From NCBI GenBank assembly GCA_049999805.1, contig JBNGIO010005494.1, positions 1 to 64,000 of the forward strand: a stretch of 64,000 nt of DNA, written 5' to 3'. The DNA comes from Folioceros fuciformis. Taxonomy: Eukaryota. Positions 59,465-64,000 of this stretch are shown piece after piece. The translations under genes and the position numbers were made by a program. The notes beneath the pieces were generated by a model. The model worked only from the letters and a program-made list of their open reading frames with translations. It was not told the origin of the DNA and did not search any database. Each line of letters begins with the position of its first letter. Position 1 is the stretch's first letter.

Positions 59465-60888
59465 AACTACGTCTTGCGGCACCCAGTCTGTCACCGGGTA
59501 GCGTATGCTTGCACTTCAGCCACCCATCAAGAAACTAACCTCTTTGCGATCCACGGATGTTCTTCCCAGCAGAGTGGGAGAGAACTAGTGGTCCTTCCGT
59601 CCATGGGGACTGGAGGATGCACTAATAAGCTGGGAATTAAATAGATGTGACCGGAACAAGGTCACCGTGATTATCCTTGAAGGCTAGACGAGAGATTCTG
59701 AGCAACTGTTGCAGAGGCGGAGGACTGTAGGAAAGCAGAACAGCTCACAGACAACAAAAGATGCGTGTGAAGGAAACAAGTCATGGTAATACATGCGTTG
59801 TCCTGTGTCACATGGACCCATGGGGATACGGTGCTGACGCGAGATGTTGGTGTTTGGGTAGGTCATTCTTTCACTGCTCAGATGAGGTTGCCTCCTTGCT
59901 GTCAGCATTTTGATGTGAACCGGACTCCAAGACTTTGTAAAACCTGATCAGTTTGGACGTGGTTTCCACGCTCAAAATCGCTTCTTGAACGTCCTCGGCT
60001 TGCAGTTTCTGCCGGTATCGCTGAATCGGACCACCAAAAGTGAATGTCTACAGCTTAGGCATGCTACAGTTTGAGTCAGTGCTGTGCGTGGACGCCGGTC
60101 GCGGTGTGCCGCCCCAGGAAACCTGATTGTACATCGTTGGCTGGTTCAGAGGTTTCTCCTCTGAAAGCATCAATACAAGAGAGCCATGGCCACGGCAGGC
60201 CTTGAGGTTTGAGCATTTGATCTGCTGTTCTGCAGGAACTACGTACGATGGAAGTCGGTTAGGTAACACTCTTTCTACTTGCCCAGGTTGATATGGGTGT
60301 AGGCGCACACCAGTTAGAGTTGAGGCAAATCTCGAGAACACATTCTAGCCAGGCATGAAGAAATCAGTGGCAGAGCTCAGACGTTGGAGAAAAATTTAGG
60401 AACGCCAAACTGGTTGATAAGAGCCAAAAATCATCGGTATAGATGCCTTCTCATGCCACAGGGAGATACTTCTCCAGCAGACTACAGTTGTGATACCTTC
60501 GTTTCTCGTTTTCCGAGCTTTGCAACATTGCCATGAAGCAGAAGTGTTGGTACAGGTAGACATTCATCAAAAGGTTTGACAAAAGTGCGTTCATGGACAG
60601 CACATATGTCCAGGCACCTGACAATGCCTCCAGCTGTGGGTTGCGTGACCACACCAGCGAAGCCTTTCACAGGACGACATTGAAGCCCGGTTCCCAACTA
60701 GCATCGACTGGCACACACACCCTCAAGCTACGGTCTTCGATGAGATGCTGTGGGCGCCACTTCCCACTTCAGGGTGATATCGCGGCTGCCAATAGGCTGG
60801 AATTCCATGGCTGCTCCAGGCTCACACTGCTGGTCTGTTCTCAAGACTGCTTGCTCCCAGAAGCTCAAGGACGTCAGCCTTTTGTGGC

Positions 60889-63800
60889 ATGGAGAAGCAA
60901 AATCTTTTCCTCAACCTGGACCGGGCCCTGGTTGCATCTGTTTTATGGATGCTGGTGTTTCAGCTACCCATCTTCTGTGCATCTGCCCGCTTCTCTGCCT
61001 CAGCAGGTAAGCAAGCTGTGACACAATCCGGAGATGTCCTTTGGCATGACAGGGGCTATGCCACAATGCAAGTCACACACAACGATCTGACATGTGCAGG
61101 CTTCATCAGCATCGACTGTGGGTCTGCGCCCGGGGAGACAGGCCGCACGGTGCCTTTTGTCAGCGCAGAGACCGGCATAATCTACCAGTACGACAAGTAC
61201 ATCAGCACCGGATTCGCAGCAAACGTGACACACGTAGACCGGATTGAACAAGATCTCACGACATTGAGACACTTCCCTTCAGGTTCCAGTCCCACGAAGA
61301 ACTGCTACGTGGTGCCTGTGCACAACAACACACAGTACCTCATCCGAGCTCGATTCTACTTCGGCTACTATGTCAGCCCACCTGCCTCGTCAGTCATCAC
61401 CTTCCAGCTCGCGCTGGACTCCGCCGTCTGGGCCACAGTTAATATCAACACAACCGACGACTTGCTGCTGGAGAAGGAAGCCATCATCTTCACAAAAAAA
61501 ACGAGGCTCAACGTGTGCCTGATCCGCACAGAGGAAACCAGTGCTCCCTTCATCAACACTTTGGAGCTCAGGCCCCTCGGTCCAGGCTCTTACCTTGCCC
61601 GGCATACAGACCCAGACCCGTTCAGTGTCTTCCTGTCTTTGTTTCAGAGGTGGAACTTCGGTGAGCCAACCAAGACTTTCCGGTACGTGTGGCACATTTG
61701 TGTGACATTGCAGGGGGCCGGTCCGCTTCTTGCCGGGCTGACACCAGGGCTGGTGTTACAATTTCAGGTTTCCTGACGATGCGTATGATCGAAAATGGCC
61801 GCCCCTCGTGGCCACAGATGGCGTCTTTGTCCAAGGTTATCCAAGCGAGTTTCAACTCTTTTACTACAATTCCTCTCGCCAGTGGGATAGTCCTCCCAGC
61901 ATTGTCTTGCAATCTGCTGCTACGGCTGAGAGCTACGTCACGTTCTGGACTTTACCACCTGATGTTGAGGCTCCAAGGCTGTACGCTAGCGTCTTCTTCG
62001 CTGAGATTGTCCCTTTCCCAGATCGAACCAGGTATGGAGACTTTGATGATGGGGATCCTGCTCCTTGTTCTGCACGTTTTATCATCACACACCCATCTTG
62101 GATGCTGTAGGCGTGTTATGGACTTCCGGGCCAACTTCATAGCTGAATCCGAGCTAGTCAGCCCCTTGGACTTGGCTGCTTATGGACCTGAGTTCACCGT
62201 CGTGCAAGTTGGAGGAAATTTCCAGGCAACTTCTAGGATGGAGAATCTGACTTTTACCCTAACGAAAAGCAACAACTCAACTGATGGTCCCATCGTGAAT
62301 GCTTATGAGGCTTACCTGGTCTTGGATGTGGTTCCGGGTACAAACGCAGGAGATGGTGAGGTGGACTTCTCAATAGTTCCTGCCTTTGTAGCATGTTCTG
62401 CGTTTTCTGCATCTCCTGCCACTCACAGCGGTTCACTTCACAACAGTAACGGCACTGACTGCCCTCAAGCCTGCTCTTGGATTCAATAACTGGGCTGGTG
62501 ATCCTTGCTTGCCTGTACCATGGGATGAGCTGATCTGTAACATGAGTGATCGAGTGACATCTTTGTAAGTAGCTTCATTCTAGGTTTTGGGGAGGGAGAG
62601 AATATTTTTCTCTGCATGCTGGTGGTCTCACTTCTTCGGCATTTGCTTGCAGGGATCTTTCCGGCAAGGGCCTCAACGGCTCCATTCCTTCCGAGATATC
62701 TGGTCTAGAAGCACTCACCCTGCTGTGAGTATGCTTGGGCAGTGCTGTTGAAGTTCATCTTGGGATGGGAGGGTGATAGGCCAAATTCGAAAATCTGACA
62801 GTACTTGCTGGATTTGCAATGAGCCCAGGAACTTATCTAATAATGCTTTCACCGGTGGCCTCCCAAGTTGGATTGCAGAGCTGAACTCCTTGCAGACCCT
62901 GTGAGTGGGTGGGGCTTCTATTTGTTTCTTATTATTTTTCAGTATGTGTCATGAACCTCGAACATCCTAATCCAGTGATCGAAGCCGTTGCTGTCTCTGT
63001 CAGGGATGTTTCCAACAATCAGCTGAGCGGTAACTTTCCTGCAGCATATATCACTCACATCCCTCAATTCAGGTAAGAAGGTTGTCGTCTCATCAGTCCC
63101 TCTGTTAAAAGTGAGCTGTTGAAAGCTATTCACCTACGTAACCGAAAAATTGCAGGTACTCAGGTAACCTGCAGCTCAACTGCGTACCTTCAGATAATGC
63201 AACCTGCCCACCAGCCCCAGCAGCACTTCCAGCACTGTCTCCAGTCACACAAAGTCCACTACCTCTTTCATCAAACTCAGCAGCAAGGTCCAACGATCGA
63301 AATCAAGGGTCTCACATCTGGGTCATTGCTGGGAGCATTGCTGGAGGCATTCTTATCCTTTTTGCTGTTGGAGGACTCGTTCTCTGGTTCATTTTTTACA
63401 AACTGTCCTATCAGAGTGACTTACAAGCTCCTGATACGTCAGCAATACCGCAAGTGCACACAAGTGGTACCTCTTACCTTCCTGCGCCGTGGGTCATGGA
63501 GTGCACATCTGTCAGCAAGTGAGTGCTGGTTCACTAGTTTCTCATGAGGTACAACGTGTGGGTGTTCCATTCCTGGTCTCTGCAGACTCGAAGATGGTCT
63601 CTAATATCAGAGGAAGGGCTCAAGCGTTTAGTCTCCAAACCATTGAGGAAGCAACGAATAGGTTTGCTCATAGGGTTGGAGAATGTGCGTCTGGATCTGT
63701 CTTTCACGGAATCCTGAAAGACAGTTCGCAGCCAGTGGCAGTGAAGATCTTCTCAGGAAAGCCCGACAGAAGCCTGACTCAGTTCTCAGAAGAGGTAAGG

Positions 63801-64000
63801 AATCACTACCGAGATCCAGCTGCTTAGCCGCATTCCCAGAGGCCGTCAGGGAACTACATGTGTTCGCTGTATGTGCTTGCTGGCTGATGGACAACCACTG
63901 GCGTTGCCAGATTGATCTTCTGGCTACAGTTTGCAGCGACAAGTTGGTATCCCTCATTGGTTACTGCATACAAGGCGAGAATCTCATGCTTTTGCTCTCT
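60889..64000 (+). CDS. Second tandem malectin-like LRR-RLK; 3' part lies beyond the window
   Basis: Domain order: signal peptide; GFISIDCG, TLRHFP, KNCY, PFINTLELR, FPDDAYDRKW, PIVNAYE; WAGDPCLP; LRR exons; TM helix IAGSIAGGILILFAVGGLVLW. The kinase starts FSLQTIEEATNRF...GECASG...VAVK. Confidence 0.9.

Overview
This is a compact land-plant nuclear region with closely spaced genes and mostly ~80-120 nt introns. That architecture suggests a hornwort-like bryophyte, but the taxon is an inference. Genes in order: peroxisomal glycolate oxidase (+, 10 introns) and TPLATE-complex subunit TWD40-1 (+, 5 kb, no introns). An AT-rich decayed block at ~10.3-14.9 kb follows, holding tandem repeats, a PUX7/UBXN7-derived pseudogene, an Lhcb exon fragment, a PIF/Harbinger transposase fragment and a Helitron-like 3' terminus. 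Next come an intronless WOX13-like homeobox gene (+), a TTLL12-like gene (-), an At4g18490-like gene (-), Barentsz/CASC3 (+), a DUF679/DMP gene (+), UPF1 (-), GID8 (+), cyclic phosphodiesterase (-), a group I WRKY (-), ANGUSTIFOLIA/CtBP (-) and METTL13 (+). Two tandem malectin-like LRR receptor kinases close the window, the second running off the end. The most interesting signals are: (1) a minor-spliceosome intron with AT-AA ends; (2) all-or-none loss of CDS introns in normally intron-rich genes, with UPF1 apparently keeping its UTR introns; (3) a candidate NMD-feedback 3'UTR intron in Barentsz, ~3 kb from UPF1; (4) a gene-capturing TE block with a CG/CCG deamination footprint; (5) a kinase/possible pseudokinase RLK pair. 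All family assignments come from recognising motifs by eye; no searches were run. I found no clear evidence of a wholly new multi-gene system.
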